Of a stretch of DNA of 64,000 nucleotides, positions 16,101 to 36,300 are shown piece after piece. This stretch comes from Eledone cirrhosa (Eukaryota). The stretch spans positions 385,082,001-385,146,000 of the forward strand of contig OZ024741.1 of NCBI GenBank assembly GCA_964016885.1, in the 5' to 3' direction. The notes under the pieces are model-generated. The model had not been told where the DNA came from. It made no database searches and saw nothing but the letters and a program-made list of their open reading frames with translations. The position numbers and the translations under genes were made by a program. Numbering within the stretch: position 1 is the first letter of the stretch; each line of letters starts with the position of its first letter.

Positions 16101-19100
16101 ATCCACACACATATACCATCCACACACATACAACATCCACACACATACACCCTCCACACACATACAACATCCACACACATACACCATCCACACACATACA
16201 CCATCCACACACATACACCATCCACACACATACACCCTCCACACACATACAACATCTACACACATACAACATCCACACACATACACCATCCCCACACATA
16301 CATCATCCTCACACATACACCATCCACACACATAAACATCTACACACACACACCATCCACACACAGACACCATCCACACACATACAACATCCACACACAT
16401 ACAACATCGACACACATCCACCATCCACACACATACACCATCCCCACACATACACCATCCACACACATACACCCTCCACACACATACACCCTCCACACAC
16501 ATACACCATCAACACACATACAACATCCACACACATACACCATCCACACACATACACCATCCACACACATACGTCTACACACATACACCATCCACACACA
16601 TACAACATCCACACACATACAACATCCACACACATACAACATCTACACACATACACCATCCACACACATACAACATCACACACATACACCCTCCACCCAC
16701 ATACACCATCCACACACATACAACGTCTACACACATACACACCCCACACACATACACCCTCCACACACATACACAATCCACACACATACAACATCCACAC
16801 TCACACACCATCCACACACATACAACATCCACACACATACAACATCGACACACAAACAACATCCACACACATACACCCTCCACACACATACACCATCCAC
16901 ACACATACAACATCTACACACATACACCATCCACACACATACAACGTCTACATACATACACCATCCACATACATACACCATCCACACACATACACCATCC
17001 ACACACATACACCCTCCACGCACATACAGCATCCACACACATACACCCTCCACACACATACACCATCCAGACACATACACACTCCACACACATAAACCCT
17101 CTACAAACACTCCACACACATACAGAATCCACACATACACCCTCCACAAACATACACCATCCACACACATACACCATCCCCACACATACACCATCCACAC
17201 ATATACACCCTCCACACACATACACCATCCACACACATAGCACATCCACACACACATACCATCCACACACATACAACATCCACACACATTCAACATCTAC
17301 ACACATACACCATCCACACACATACACCATCCACACACATACAACATCCACACACATACACCATCCACACACATACACCCTCCACACACATACAACATCC
17401 ACACACATACACACTCCACACACATACACCATCCACACACATACACCATCCTACGCAGACACCATCCACACACATACACCATCCACACACATACACACTC
17501 CACACACATACAACATCTACACACATACACCATCCACACACATATACCATCCACACACATACACCATCCACACACATACAACATCCACACACATACACCA
17601 TCCACACACATACACCATCCACACACATACACCCTCCACACACATACACCATCCACACACATAGCACATCCACACACACACCATCCACACACATACAACA
17701 TCCACACACATTCAACATCTACACACATACACCATCCACACACATACACCATCCACACACATACAACATCCACACACATACACCATCCACACACATACAC
17801 CATCCACACACATACAACATCTACACACATACACCATCCACACACATACACCATCCACACACATACAACACCCACACACATACAACATCCACACACATAC
17901 ACCATCCAAACACATACAACATCTACACGCATACAACATCCACACACACACACCATCCACACACATACACCATCCACACACATACACAATCCACACACAT
18001 ACACCATCCACACATATACAACATCCACACACATACACCATCCTACACAGACACCATTCACACACATACAACATCCACACACATACACCATCCACACACA
18101 TACAACATCCACACACATGCACCAACCACACACATACACCATCCACACACATACACCATCCACACACATACAACATCCACACACATACAACATCCAAACA
18201 CATACACCATCCACACACATACAACATCTACACACATACACCATCCACACACATACATCATCCACACACATACAACCCCACACACATACAGCATCCACAC
18301 ACATACACCCTCCACACACATACACCCTCCACACACATACGCCATCCACACACATACAACATCATCACACATACACCATCCACACACATACACCATCAAC
18401 ACACATACAACATCCACACACATACACCATCCACACACATACAACGTCTACACACATACACCATCCATACACATACACCATCCACACACATACAACATCC
18501 ACACACATACACCATCCACACACATACACCCTCCACACACATACAACATCCACACACATACACCATCCTACACAGACACCATCCACACACATACACCATC
18601 AACACACATACAACATCTACACACATACAACATCCACACACATACACCCTCCACACACATACAACATCCACACACATACATCATCCTACACAGACACCAT
18701 CCACACACATACACCATCAACACACATACAACATCTACACACATACAACATCCACACACATACACCCTCCACACACAGACACCATCCACACACAGACACC
18801 ATCCACACACATACACCATCCACACACATACAACATTCACACACATACACCCTCCACACACATACACCCTCCACACACATACAACATCCACACACATACA
18901 CCATCCTACACAGACACCATCAACACACATACAACATCCACTCACAGACACCATCCACACACAGATACCATCCACACACATAAACCATCCACACACATAC
19001 AACATTCACACACATACACCCTCCACACACATACACCCTCCACACAAATACACAATCCACACACATACGACATCCCCACACATACACCATTCACACACAT

Positions 19101-22100
19101 ACAACATCCACACACACACAACATCCACACACATACAACATCGACACAAAAACAACATCCACACACATAAACCCTCCACACACATACAACAGCGACACAC
19201 ATACACCATCCACACACATACAACATCCACACACATACAACATCCACACACATACAACATCGACACAAAAACAACATCCACACACATACACCCTCCACAC
19301 ACATACACCATCCACACACATACAACATCTACACACATACACCATCCACACACATACACCATCCACACACATACACCATCCCCACACATACTCCATCCAC
19401 ACACATACACCATCCACACACAGAGACCATCCACACACATACACCATCCACACACATACACCCTCCACACACATACACCATCCACACACATACACCATCC
19501 ACACACATAGCACATCCACACACACACACCATCCACACACATACACCATCCACACACATACACCCTCCACACACATACAACATCTACACACATACACCAT
19601 CCACACACATACAACATCTACACACATACACCATCCACACACATACAACGTCCACACACATACACCATCCACACACATACACCATCCACACACATACAAC
19701 GTCCACACACATACACCCTCCACACACATACACCATCCACACACAGACAATGTCTACACACATACACCATCCACACACATACACCATCCACACACATACA
19801 CCATCCACACACATACAACGTCTACACACATACACCATCCACACACACACACCATCCACACACATACACCATCCACACACATACAACATCCACAGACATA
19901 CAACATCTACACACATACACCATCCACACACATACAACATCCACACACATACAACATCCACACACATACACCATCCACACACATACAACATCCACACACA
20001 TACACCATTCACACACATACAGCCTCCACACGCATATAACATCCCCACACATACAACATACACACACATACACCCTCCAACGACATACAACGTCTACACA
20101 CATACACCCTCCACACACATAAACCATCCACACACATACAACATCCACACACATACAACATCTACAAACATACACCATCCACACACATACAACATCCACA
20201 CACATACACCCTCCACCCACATACACCATCCACACACATACAACGTCTACACACATACACCCTCCACACACATACACCATCCACACACATACACCCTCCA
20301 CACACATACACCCTCCACACACATACAACAGCGACACACATACAACATCCACACACATACACCATCCACACACATACAACATCCACACACATACAACATC
20401 CACACACATACAACATCCACACACATACACCATCCACACACATACAACATACACACATACAACATCCACACACATACAACATCCACACACATACACCATT
20501 CACATACATACACCATCCACACACATACAACGTCTACACACATACACCATCCACACACACACACCATCCACACACATACACCATCCACACACATACAACA
20601 TCCACACACATACACCATCCACACACATACAACATCCACACACATACACCATCCACACACATACAACATCCACACACATACAACATCCACACACATACAA
20701 CATCCACACACATACAACATCCACACACAAACAACATCCACACACATACACCCTCCACACACATACACCATCCACACACAGACACCATCCACACACAGAA
20801 ACCATCCACACACAGAGACCATCCACACACATACACCCTCCACACACATACAACATCTACACACAACACCATCCACACACATACACCATCCACACACAGA
20901 CACCATCCACACACAGACACCATCCACACACATACACCATCCACACACATACACCCTCCACACACATACAACATCTACACACATACACCCTCCACACACA
21001 TACACCATCCACACACATACACCATCCACACACATACACCCTCCACACACATACAACATCTACACACATACACCCTCCACACACATACACCATTCACACA
21101 CATACACCATCCCCACATACACCATCCACACACATACACCATCCACACACATACACCATCCACACACAGACACCATCCACACACATACACCATCCACACA
21201 CATACAACATCTACACACATACACCATCCACACACATACAACATCCACACACATACACCATTCACACACATACACCATCCCCACATACACCATCCACACA
21301 CATACACCATCCACACACAGACACCATCCACACACATACACCATCCACACACAGACAATGTCTACACACATACACCATCCACACACACACAACATCCACA
21401 CACATACACCATCCACACACATACAACGTCCACACACATACACCCTCCACACACATACACCATCCACACACAGACAATGTCTACACACATACACCATCCA
21501 CACACATACAACGTCCACACACATACACCATCCACACACATACACCATCCACACCATACAACGTCCACACACATACACCCTCCACACACATACACCATCC
21601 ACACACAGACAATGTCTACACACATACACCATCCACACACATACACCATCCACACACATACACTATCCACACACATACAACGTCTACACACATACACCAT
21701 CCATACACACACACCATCCACACACATACACCATCCACACACATACACCATCCACACACATACAACGTCTACACACATACACCATCCATACACACACACC
21801 ATCCACACACATACACCCTCCACACACAAACAACATCCACACACATACAACATCCACACACATACACCATCCACACACATACAACATCTACACACATACA
21901 CCATCCACACACATACAACGTCTACATACATACACCATCCACACACATACACCATCCACACACATACAACATCCACACACATACAACATCCACACACATA
22001 CAACATCCACACACATACAACATCCACACACATACAACATCCACACACATACAACATCCACACACAGACACTATCCACACACATAAACCCTCCACACACA

Positions 22101-23824
22101 TACAACAGCCACACACATACAACATCCACACACATACACCATCCACACACATACAACATCCACACACATACAACATCCACACACATACACCATCCACACA
22201 CATACAACGTCTACATACATACACCATCCACACACATACACCATCCCCACACATACACCATCCACACACGTACACCATCCACACACAGACAATGTCTACG
22301 CACATACACCATCCACACACATACAACATCCACACACATACACCATCCACACACATACAACGTCCACACACATACACCATCCACACACATACACCATCCA
22401 CACACATACAACGTCCACACACATACACCCTCCACACACATACACCATCCACACACAGACAATATCTACACACATACACCATCCACACACATACACCATC
22501 CACACACATACACCATCCACACACATACAACGTCTACACACATACACCATCCACACACACACACCATCCACACACATACACCATCCACACACATACAACA
22601 TCCACACACATACAACATCTACACACATACACCATCCCCACACATACAACATCCACACACATACACCATCCACACACATACACCCTCCACACACATATAA
22701 CATCCCCACACATACAACATACACACACATACACCCTCCACCCACATACAACGTCTACACACATACACCCTCCACACATGTAAACCATCCACACACATAC
22801 AACATCCACACACATACACCCTCCACACACATACACCCTCCACACACATACACAATCCACAAACATACAACATCCCCACACATACACCATCCACACACAT
22901 ACAACATCCACACACACACACAGCATCCACACACATATACCATCCACACACATACAACATCCACACACATACACCCTCCACACACATACAACATCCACAC
23001 ACATACACCATCCACACACATACACCATCCACACACATACACCATCCACACACATACACCCTCCACACACATACAACATCTACACACATACAACATCCAC
23101 ACACATACACCATCCCCACACATACATCATCCTCACACATACACCATCCACACACATAAACATCTACACACACACACCATCCACACACAGACACCATCCA
23201 CACACATACAACATCCACACACATACAACATCGACACACATCCACCATCCACACACATACACCATCCCCACACATACACCATCCACACACATACACCCTC
23301 CACACACATACACCCTCCACACACATACACCATCAACACACATACAACATCCACACACATACACCATCCACACACATACACCATCCACACACATACGTCT
23401 ACACACATACACCATCCACACACATACAACATCCACACACATACAACATCCACACACATACAACATCTACACACATACACCATCCACACACATACAACAT
23501 CACACACATACACCCTCCACCCACATACACCATCCACACACATACAACGTCTACACACATACACACCCCACACACATACACCCTCCACACACATACACAA
23601 TCCACACACATACAACATCCACACTCACACACCATCCACACACATACAACATCCACACACATACAACATCGACACACAAACAACATCCACACACATACAC
23701 CCTCCACACACATACACCATCCACACACATACAACATCTACACACATACACCATCCACACACATACAACGTCTACATACATACACCATCCACATACATAC
23801 ACCATCCACACACATACACCATCC
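10162..23824. repeat. Higher-order tandem duplication within the satellite, period 6,824 bp
   Basis: Identical ORF translations offset by exactly 6824 (10466/17290, 12926/19750, 14653/21477, 16575/23399). Rare variant units recur at the same offset (G at 10196 and 17020). Confidence 0.92.
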
Positions 23825-26800
23825 CCACACATACTCCATCCACACACATACACCATCCACACACATACACCATCCCCACACATACTCCATCCACACACCG
23901 AGACCATCCACACACATACACCATCCACACACATACACCCTCCACACACATACAACATCAACACACATACACCATCCACACACATACAAAATCCACACAC
24001 AGACACCATCCACACACAGACATCATCCACACACATACACCATCCACACACATACACCATCCCCACACATACACCATCCACACACATACAACATCCACAC
24101 ACATACACCATCCACACACATACAACATCTACACACATACACCATCCACACACATACAACATCCTCTCACATACACCCTCCACACACATGCACCATCCAC
24201 ACACATACACCCTCCACACACATACAACATCTACACACATACACCATCCACACACATACACCATCCACACACAGACACCATCCACACACAGACACCATCC
24301 ACACACAGAGACCATCCACACACATACACCCTCCACAAACATACAACATCTACACACATACACCATCCACACACATACAACATCTACACACATACACCAT
24401 CCACACACATACACCCTCCACACACAGACAATGTCTACACACATACACCATCCACACACACCATCCACACACATACACCCTCCACACACAGACAATGTCT
24501 ACACACATACACCATCCACACACACACACCATCCACACACATACACCATCCACACACATACAACATCCACACACATACAACATCTACACACATACACAAT
24601 CCACACACATACAACATCCACACACATACACCATCCACACACATACACCCTCCACACACATATAACATCCCCACACATACAACGTCTACATACATACACC
24701 ATCCACACACATACACCATCCACACACATACACCCTCCACCCACATACAACGTCTACACACATACACCCTCCACACACATAAACCATCCACACACATACA
24801 ACAACCACACACATACACCCTCCACACACATACACCCTCCACACACATAGACAATCCACACACATACAACATCCCCACACATACACCATTCACACACATA
24901 CAACATCCACACACACACAGCATCCACACACATATACCATCCACACACATACAACATCCACACACATACACCCTCCACACACATACAACATCCACACACA
25001 TACACCATCCACACACATACAACATCCACACACATACACCCTCCACACACATACACCATCCACACACATACAACCCCCACACACATACAACGTCTACACA
25101 CATACAACATCCACACACATACACCATCCCCACACATAAACATCTACACACGCACACCATCCACACACATACACCATCCACACACATACAACACCCACAC
25201 ACAGACACCATCCACACATATAACATCCACACACATACACCATCCAGACACATACACCATCCACACACATACAACACCCACACACATACACCATCCACAC
25301 ATGTAAACCATCCACACACATACACCATCCACACACATATGACATCCACACACATACAACATCCACACACATACAACATCCACACACATACACCATCCAC
25401 ACACATACAACATCCACACACGTACACCATTCACACACATACAACATCCACACACATACACCATCCCCACACATACACCATCCACACACATATAACATCC
25501 ACACACATACACCATCCACACACATACAACATCCACACACTTACACCATCCACACACATACACCATCGACACACATACAACATCTACACACATACAACAT
25601 CCACACACATACACCATCCACACACATACACCATCCACACACATACACCATCCACACACATACACAATCCACACACATACACCATCCACACACAAACAAC
25701 ATCCACACACATACACCATCCACACACATACACCATCCACACACATACAACATCCACACGCATATAACATCCACACACACAACATCCACACACATACAAC
25801 ATCTACACACATACACCATCCACACTCATACACCCTCCACACTCATACACCATCCACACTCATACACCATCCACACACATACAACATCCACACACATACA
25901 CCATCCACACACATACACCATCCACACACATAAACATCTACACACATACACCCTCCACACACTTACAATATCTACACACATACACCATCCACACACATAC
26001 ACCATCCACACACAGATACCATCCACACACATACAACGTCTACACACATACACCATCCATACACACACACCATCCACACACATACACCATCCACACACAT
26101 ACACCATCCACACACATACAACGTCTACACACATACACCATCCATACACACACACCATCCACACACATACACCCTCCACACACAAACAACATCCACACAC
26201 ATACAACATCCACACACATACACCATCCACACACATACAACATCTACACACATACACCATCCACACACATACAACGTCTACATACATACACCATCCACAC
26301 ACATACACCATCCACACACATACAACATCCACACACATACAACATCCACACACATACAACATCCACACACATACAACATCCACACACATACAACATCCAC
26401 ACACATACAACATCCACACACAGACACTATCCACACACATAAACCCTCCACACACATACAACAGCCACACACATACAACATCCACACACATACACCATCC
26501 ACACACATACAACATCCACACACATACAACATCCACACACATACACCATCCACACACATACAACGTCTACATACATACACCATCCACACACATACACCAT
26601 CCCCACACATACACCATCCACACACGTACACCATCCACACACAGACAATGTCTACGCACATACACCATCCACACACATACAACATCCACACACATACACC
26701 ATCCACACACATACAACGTCCACACACATACACCATCCACACACATACACCATCCACACACATACAACGTCCACACACATACACCCTCCACACACATACA

Positions 26801-29800
26801 CCATCCACACACAGACAATATCTACACACATACACCATCCACACACATACACCATCCACACACATACACCATCCACACACATACAACGTCTACACACATA
26901 CACCATCCACACACACACACCATCCAAACACATACACCATCCACACACATACAACATCCACACACATACAACATCTACACACATACACCATCCCCACACA
27001 TACAACATCCACACACATACACCATCCACACACATACACCCTCCACACACATATAACATCCCCACACATACAACATACACACACATACACCCTCCACCCA
27101 CATACAACGTCTACACACATACACCCTCCACACATGTAAACCATCCACACACATACAACATCCACACACATACACCCTCCACACACATACACCCTCCACA
27201 CACATACACAATCCACAAACATACAACATCCCCACACATACACCATCCACACACATACAACATCCACACACACACACAGCATCCACACACATATACCATC
27301 CACACACATACAACATCCACACACATACACCCTCCACACACATACAACATCCACACACATACACCATCCACACACATACACCATCCACACACATACACCA
27401 TCCACACACATACACCCTCCACACACATACAACATCTACACACATACAACATCCACACACATACACCATCCCCACACATACATCATCCTCACACATACAC
27501 CATCCACACACATAAACATCTACACACACACACCATCCACACACAGACACCATCCACACACATACAACATCCACACACATACAACATCGACACACATCCA
27601 CCATCCACACACATACACCATCCCCACACATACACCATCCACACACATACACCCTCCACACACATACACCCTCCACACACATACACCATCAACACACATA
27701 CAACATCCACACACATACACCATCCACACACATACACCATCCACACACATACGTCTACACACATACACCATCCACACACATACAACATCCACACACATAC
27801 AACATCCACACACATACAACATCTACACACATACACCATCCACACACATACAACATCACACACATACACCCTCCACCCACATACACCATCCACACACATA
27901 CAACGTCTACACACATACACACCCCACACACATACACCCTCCACACACATACACAATCCACACACATACAACATCCACACTCACACACCATCCACACACA
28001 TACAACATCCACACACATACAACATCGACACACAAACAACATCCACACACATACACCCTCCACACACATACACCATCCACACACATACAACATCTACACA
28101 CATACACCATCCACACACATACAACGTCTACATACATACACCATCCACATACATACACCATCCACACACATACACCATCCCCACACATACTCCATCCACA
28201 CACATACACCATCCACACACATACACCATCCCCACACATACTCCATCCACACACCGAGACCATCCACACACATACACCATCCACACACATACACCCTCCA
28301 CACACATACAACATCAACACACATACACCATCCACACACATACAAAATCCACACACAGACACCATCCACACACAGACATCATCCACACACATACACCATC
28401 CACACACATACACCATCCCCACACATACACCATCCACACACATACAACATCCACACACATACACCATCCACACACATACAACATCTACACACATACACCA
28501 TCCACACACATACAACATCCTCTCACATACACCCTCCACACACATGCACCATCCACACACATACACCCTCCACACACATACAACATCTACACACATACAC
28601 CATCCACACACATACACCATCCACACACAGACACCATCCACACACAGACACCATCCACACACAGAGACCATCCACACACATACACCCTCCACAAACATAC
28701 AACATCTACACACATACACCATCCACACACATACAACATCTACACACATACACCATCCACACACATACACCCTCCACACACAGACAATGTCTACACACAT
28801 ACACCATCCACACACACCATCCACACACATACACCCTCCACACACAGACAATGTCTACACACATACACCATCCACACACACACACCATCCACACACATAC
28901 ACCATCCACACACATACAACATCCACACACATACAACATCTACACACATACACAATCCACACACATACAACATCCACACACATACACCATCCACACACAT
29001 ACACCCTCCACACACATATAACATCCCCACACATACAACGTCTACATACATACACCATCCACACACATACACCATCCACACACATACACCCTCCACCCAC
29101 ATACAACGTCTACACACATACACCCTCCACACACATAAACCATCCACACACATACAACAACCACACACATACACCCTCCACACACATACACCCTCCACAC
29201 ACATAGACAATCCACACACATACAACATCCCCACACATACACCATTCACACACATACAACATCCACACACACACAGCATCCACACACATATACCATCCAC
29301 ACACATACAACATCCACACACATACACCCTCCACACACATACAACATCCACACACATACACCATCCACACACATACAACATCCACACACATACACCCTCC
29401 ACACACATACACCATCCACACACATACAACCCCCACACACATACAACGTCTACACACATACAACATCCACACACATACACCATCCCCACACATAAACATC
29501 TACACACGCACACCATCCACACACATACACCATCCACACACATACAACACCCACACACAGACACCATCCACACATATAACATCCACACACATACACCATC
29601 CAGACACATACACCATCCACACACATACAACACCCACACACATACACCATCCACACATGTAAACCATCCACACACATACACCATCCACACACATATGACA
29701 TCCACACACATACAACATCCACACACATACAACATCCACACACATACACCATCCACACACATACAACATCCACACACGTACACCATTCACACACATACAA

Positions 29801-30393
29801 CATCCACACACATACACCATCCCCACACATACACCATCCACACACATATAACATCCACACACATACACCATCCACACACATACAACATCCACACACTTAC
29901 ACCATCCACACACATACACCATCGACACACATACAACATCTACACACATACAACATCCACACACATACACCATCCACACACATACACCATCCACACACAT
30001 ACACCATCCACACACATACACAATCCACACACATACACCATCCACACACAAACAACATCCACACACATACACCATCCACACACATACACCATCCACACAC
30101 ATACAACATCCACACGCATATAACATCCACACACACAACATCCACACACATACAACATCTACACACATACACCATCCACACTCATACACCCTCCACACTC
30201 ATACACCATCCACACTCATACACCATCCACACACATACAACATCCACACACATACACCATCCACACACATACACCATCCACACACATAAACATCTACACA
30301 CATACACCCTCCACACACTTACAATATCTACACACATACACCATCCACACACATACACCATCCACACACAGATACCATCCACACACATACAAC
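21665..30393. repeat. Higher-order tandem duplication within the satellite, period 4,356 bp
   Basis: ORF pairs offset by 4356 (21684/26040, 23551/27907, 25584/29940). One substitution is visible (HPH versus HPN in 22292/26648). Confidence 0.92.
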
Positions 30394-33300
30394 ATCCACA
30401 CACATACACCATCCCCACACATACACCATCCCCACACATACACTATCCACACACATACAACATCCACACACATACAACATCCACACACATACAACATCCA
30501 CACATACAACATCCACACACATACAACATCCACACACATACACCATCCTACACAGACACCATCCCCACACATACACCATCCCCACACATACACTATCCAC
30601 ACACATACAACATCCACACACATACACCATCCACACATACAACCCCACACACATACAACATCCACACACATACAACATCCACACACATACAACATCCACA
30701 CATACAACATCCACACACATACAACATTTACACACATACACCATTCACACACATAAAACATCTACACACATACACCATCCACACACATACACCATCCACA
30801 CACATACAACATCCCCACACATACACCATCCACACACATACACCATCCACACACATACACCCTCCACACACATACACAATCCACACACATACAACATCCC
30901 CACACAAACAACATCTACACACATACACCATCCACACACATACACCCTCCACACACATACACCATCCACACACAGACACCATCCACACACATACAACATC
31001 CACACACATACACCATCCACACACATACAACATCCACACACATACAACATCCACACACATACAACATCCACACATACAACATCCACACATATACACAATC
31101 CACACACATACACCATCCACACACATACACCATCCACACACAGACACCATCCACACACATACAACATCCACACACATACACCATCCACACACATACAACA
31201 TCCACACACATACACCCTCCACACACATACACCATCCACACACATACAACATCCCCACACATACACCATCCACACACATCCACCATCCACACACATACAC
31301 CCTCCACACACATACACAATCCACACACATACAACATCCCCACACAAACAACATCTACACACATACACCATCCACACACATACACCCTCCACACACATAC
31401 ACCATCCACACACATACACCATCCACACACATACAACATCCACACACATACAACATCCACACACATACAACATCCACACATACAACATCCACACATATAC
31501 ACCATCCACACACAGAGACCATCCACACACATACACCATCCACACACATACACCCTCCACACACATACAACATCTACACACATACACCATCCACACACAT
31601 ACACCATCCACACACAGACACCATCCACACACAGACACGATCCACACACATACACCATACACACACATACACCCTCCACACATACAACATTAACACACAT
31701 ACATCCACACACATACAACATCCACACACATACACCATCCACACACATACACCATCCACACACAGACACCATCCACACACAGACACCATACACACACATA
31801 CACCATCCCCACACATACACCATCCACACACAGACACCATCCCCACACATACACCATCCCCACACTTACACCATCCACACACATACAACATTAACACACA
31901 TACATCCACACACATACAACATCCACACACATACACCATCCACACACATACACAATCCACACACACACACCATCCACACACATAAAACAACCACACACAT
32001 ACAACATCTACACACATACACCATCCATACACATAAACATCTACACACATACACCCTCCACACACATACAATATCTACACACATACACCATCCACACACA
32101 TACACCCTCCACACACATGCACCATCCACACACATACACCCTCCACACACATACAACATCTACACACATACACCATCCACACACATAGACCATCCACACA
32201 CAGACACCATCCACACACAGAGACCATCCACACACATACACCCTCCACACACATACACCATCCACACACATACACCCTCCACACACATGCACCATCCACA
32301 CACATACACCCTCCACACACATACAACATATACACAGATACACCATCCACACACATAGACCATCCACACACAGACACCATCCACACACAGACACCATCCA
32401 CACACAGACACCATCCACACACATACACCATCCCACACATACACCATCCACACACATACAACATCCACACACATACAACATTCACACACATACAACATCC
32501 ACACACATACAACATCCACACACATACACCATCCACACACATACACACTCCACACACACACACCATCCTCACACATAAAACATCCACACACATACACCAT
32601 CCACACACATACACCATCCACACACATACACCCTCCAAACACATACACCCTCCAAACACATACAATATCTACACACATACACCATCCACACACATACACC
32701 ATCCACACACAGATACCATCCACACACATACAACATCCACACACATACACCATCCACACACATACACCATCCCCACACATACACCATCCACACACATACA
32801 CCCTCCACACACATACAACATCCACACACATACACCATCCACACACATACACACTCCACACACACACACCATCCTCACACATAAAACATCCAGACACATA
32901 CACCATCCACACACATACACCATCCACACACATACACCCTCCAAACACATACACCCTCCAAACACATACAATATCTACACACATACACCATCCACACACA
33001 TACACCATCCACACACAGATACCATCCACACACATACAACATCCACACACATACACCATCCACACACATACACCATCCCCACACATACACCATCCACACA
33101 CATACACCCTCCACACACATACAACATCCACACACATACAACATTTACACACATACACCATTCACACACATAAAACATCTACACACATACACCATCCACA
33201 CACATACACCATCCACACACATACAACACCCACACACAGACACCATCCACACATATAACATCCACACACATACACCATCCAGACACATACACCGTCCACA

Positions 33301-36300
33301 CACATACAACACCCACACACGTACACCATCCACACATGTAAACCATCCACACACATACACCATCCACACACATATGACATCCACACACATACAACATCCA
33401 CACACATACACCATCCACACACATACAACATCCACACACATACAACATCCACACACATACACCATCCACACACATACAACATCCACACACGTACACCATC
33501 CACACACATACAACATCCACACACATACACCATCCCCACACATACACCATCCACACACATATAACATCCACACACATACACCATCCACACACATACAACA
33601 TCCACACACTTACACCATCCACACACATACACCATCGACACACATACAACATCTACACACATACAACATCCACACACATACACCATCCACACACATACAC
33701 CATCCACACACATACACCATCCACACACATACACAATCCACACACATACACCATCCACACACATACAACATCCACACACATACACCATCCACACACATAC
33801 ACCATCCACACACATACAACATCCACACGCATATAACATCCACACACACAACATCCACACACATACAACATCTACACACATACACCATCCACACTCATAC
33901 AACCTCCACACTCATACACCATCCACACTCATACACCATCCACACACATACAACATCCACACACATACACCATCCACACACATACACCATCCACACACAT
34001 AAACATCTACACACATACACCCTCCACACACTCACAATATCTACACACATACACCATCCACACACATACACCATCCACACACAGATACCATCCACACACA
34101 TACAACATCCACACATATACACCATCCACACACATACAACATCCACACACATACACCATCCCCACACATACACCATCCCCACACATACACTATCCACACA
34201 CATACAACATCCACACACATACAACATCCACACACATACAACATCCACACATACAACATCCACACACATACAACATCCACACACATACAACATCCACACA
34301 TACAACATCCACACACATACAACATTTACACACATACACCATTCACACACATAAAACATCTACACACATACACCATCCACACACATACACCATCCACACA
34401 CATACAACATCCCCACACATACACCATCCACACACATACACCATCCACACACATACACCCTCCACACACATACACAATCCACACACATACAACATCCCCA
34501 CACAAACAACATCCACACACATACACCCTCCACACACATACACCATCCACACACAGACACCATCCACACACATACAACATCCACACACATACACCATCCA
34601 CACACATACAACATCCACACACATACAACATCCACACACATACAACATCCACACATACAACATCCACACATATACACAATCCACACACATACAACATCCC
34701 CACACAAACAACATCCACACACATACACCCTCCACACACATACACCATCCACACACAGACACCATCCACACACATACAACATCCACACACATACAACATC
34801 CACACACATACAACATCCACACATACAACATCCACACACAGACACCATCCACACACATACAACATCCACACACATACACCCTCCCCACACATACTCCATC
34901 CACACACATACAACATCCACACACAGAGACCCTCAACACACATACACCATCCACACACATACAACATCCACACACATACAACACCCACACACATACACCA
35001 TCCACACATGTAAACCATCCACACACATACACCATCCACACACATATGACATCCACACACATACAACATCCACACACATACAACATCCACACACATACAC
35101 CATCCACACACATACAACATCCACACACGTACACCATTCACACACATACAACATCCACATACATACACCATCCCCACACATACACCATCCACACACATAT
35201 AACATCCACACACATACACCATCCACACACATACAACATCCACACACTTACACCATCCACACACATACACCATCGACACACATACAACATCTACACACAT
35301 ACAACATCCACACACATACACCATCCACACACATACACCATCCACACACATACACCATCCACACACATACACAATCCACACACATACACCATCCACACAC
35401 ATACAACATCCACACACATACACCATCCACACACATACACCATCCACACACATACAACATCCACACACATACACCATCCACACACATACAACAGCCACAC
35501 GCATATAACATCCACACACACAACATCCACACACATACAACATCTACACACATACACCATCCACACTCATACACCCTCCACACTCATACACCATCCACAC
35601 TCATACACCATCCACACACATACAACATCCACACACATACACCATCCACACACATACACCATCCACACACATAAACATCTACACACATACACCCTCCACA
35701 CACTTACAATATCTACACACATACACCATCCACACACATACACCATCCACACACAGATACCATCCACACACATACAACATCCACACACATACACCATCCA
35801 CACACATACACCATCCCCACACATACACTATCCACACACATACAACATCCACACACATACAACATCCACACACATACAACATCCACACATACAACATCCA
35901 CACACATACAACATCCACACACATACAACATCCACACATACAACATCCACACACATACAACATCCACACACATACAACATCCACACATACAACATCCACA
36001 CACATACAACATTTACACACATACACCATTCACACACATAAAACATCTACACACATACACCATCCACACACATACACCATCCACACACATACAACACCCA
36101 CACACAGACACCATCCACACATATAACATCCACACACATACACCATCCAGACACATACACCATCCACACACATACACCATCCACACACATACACCATCCA
36201 CACACATACAACATCCACACACATACAACATCCACACACATACACCATCCCCACACATACACCATCCACACACATATGACATCCACACACATACAATATC

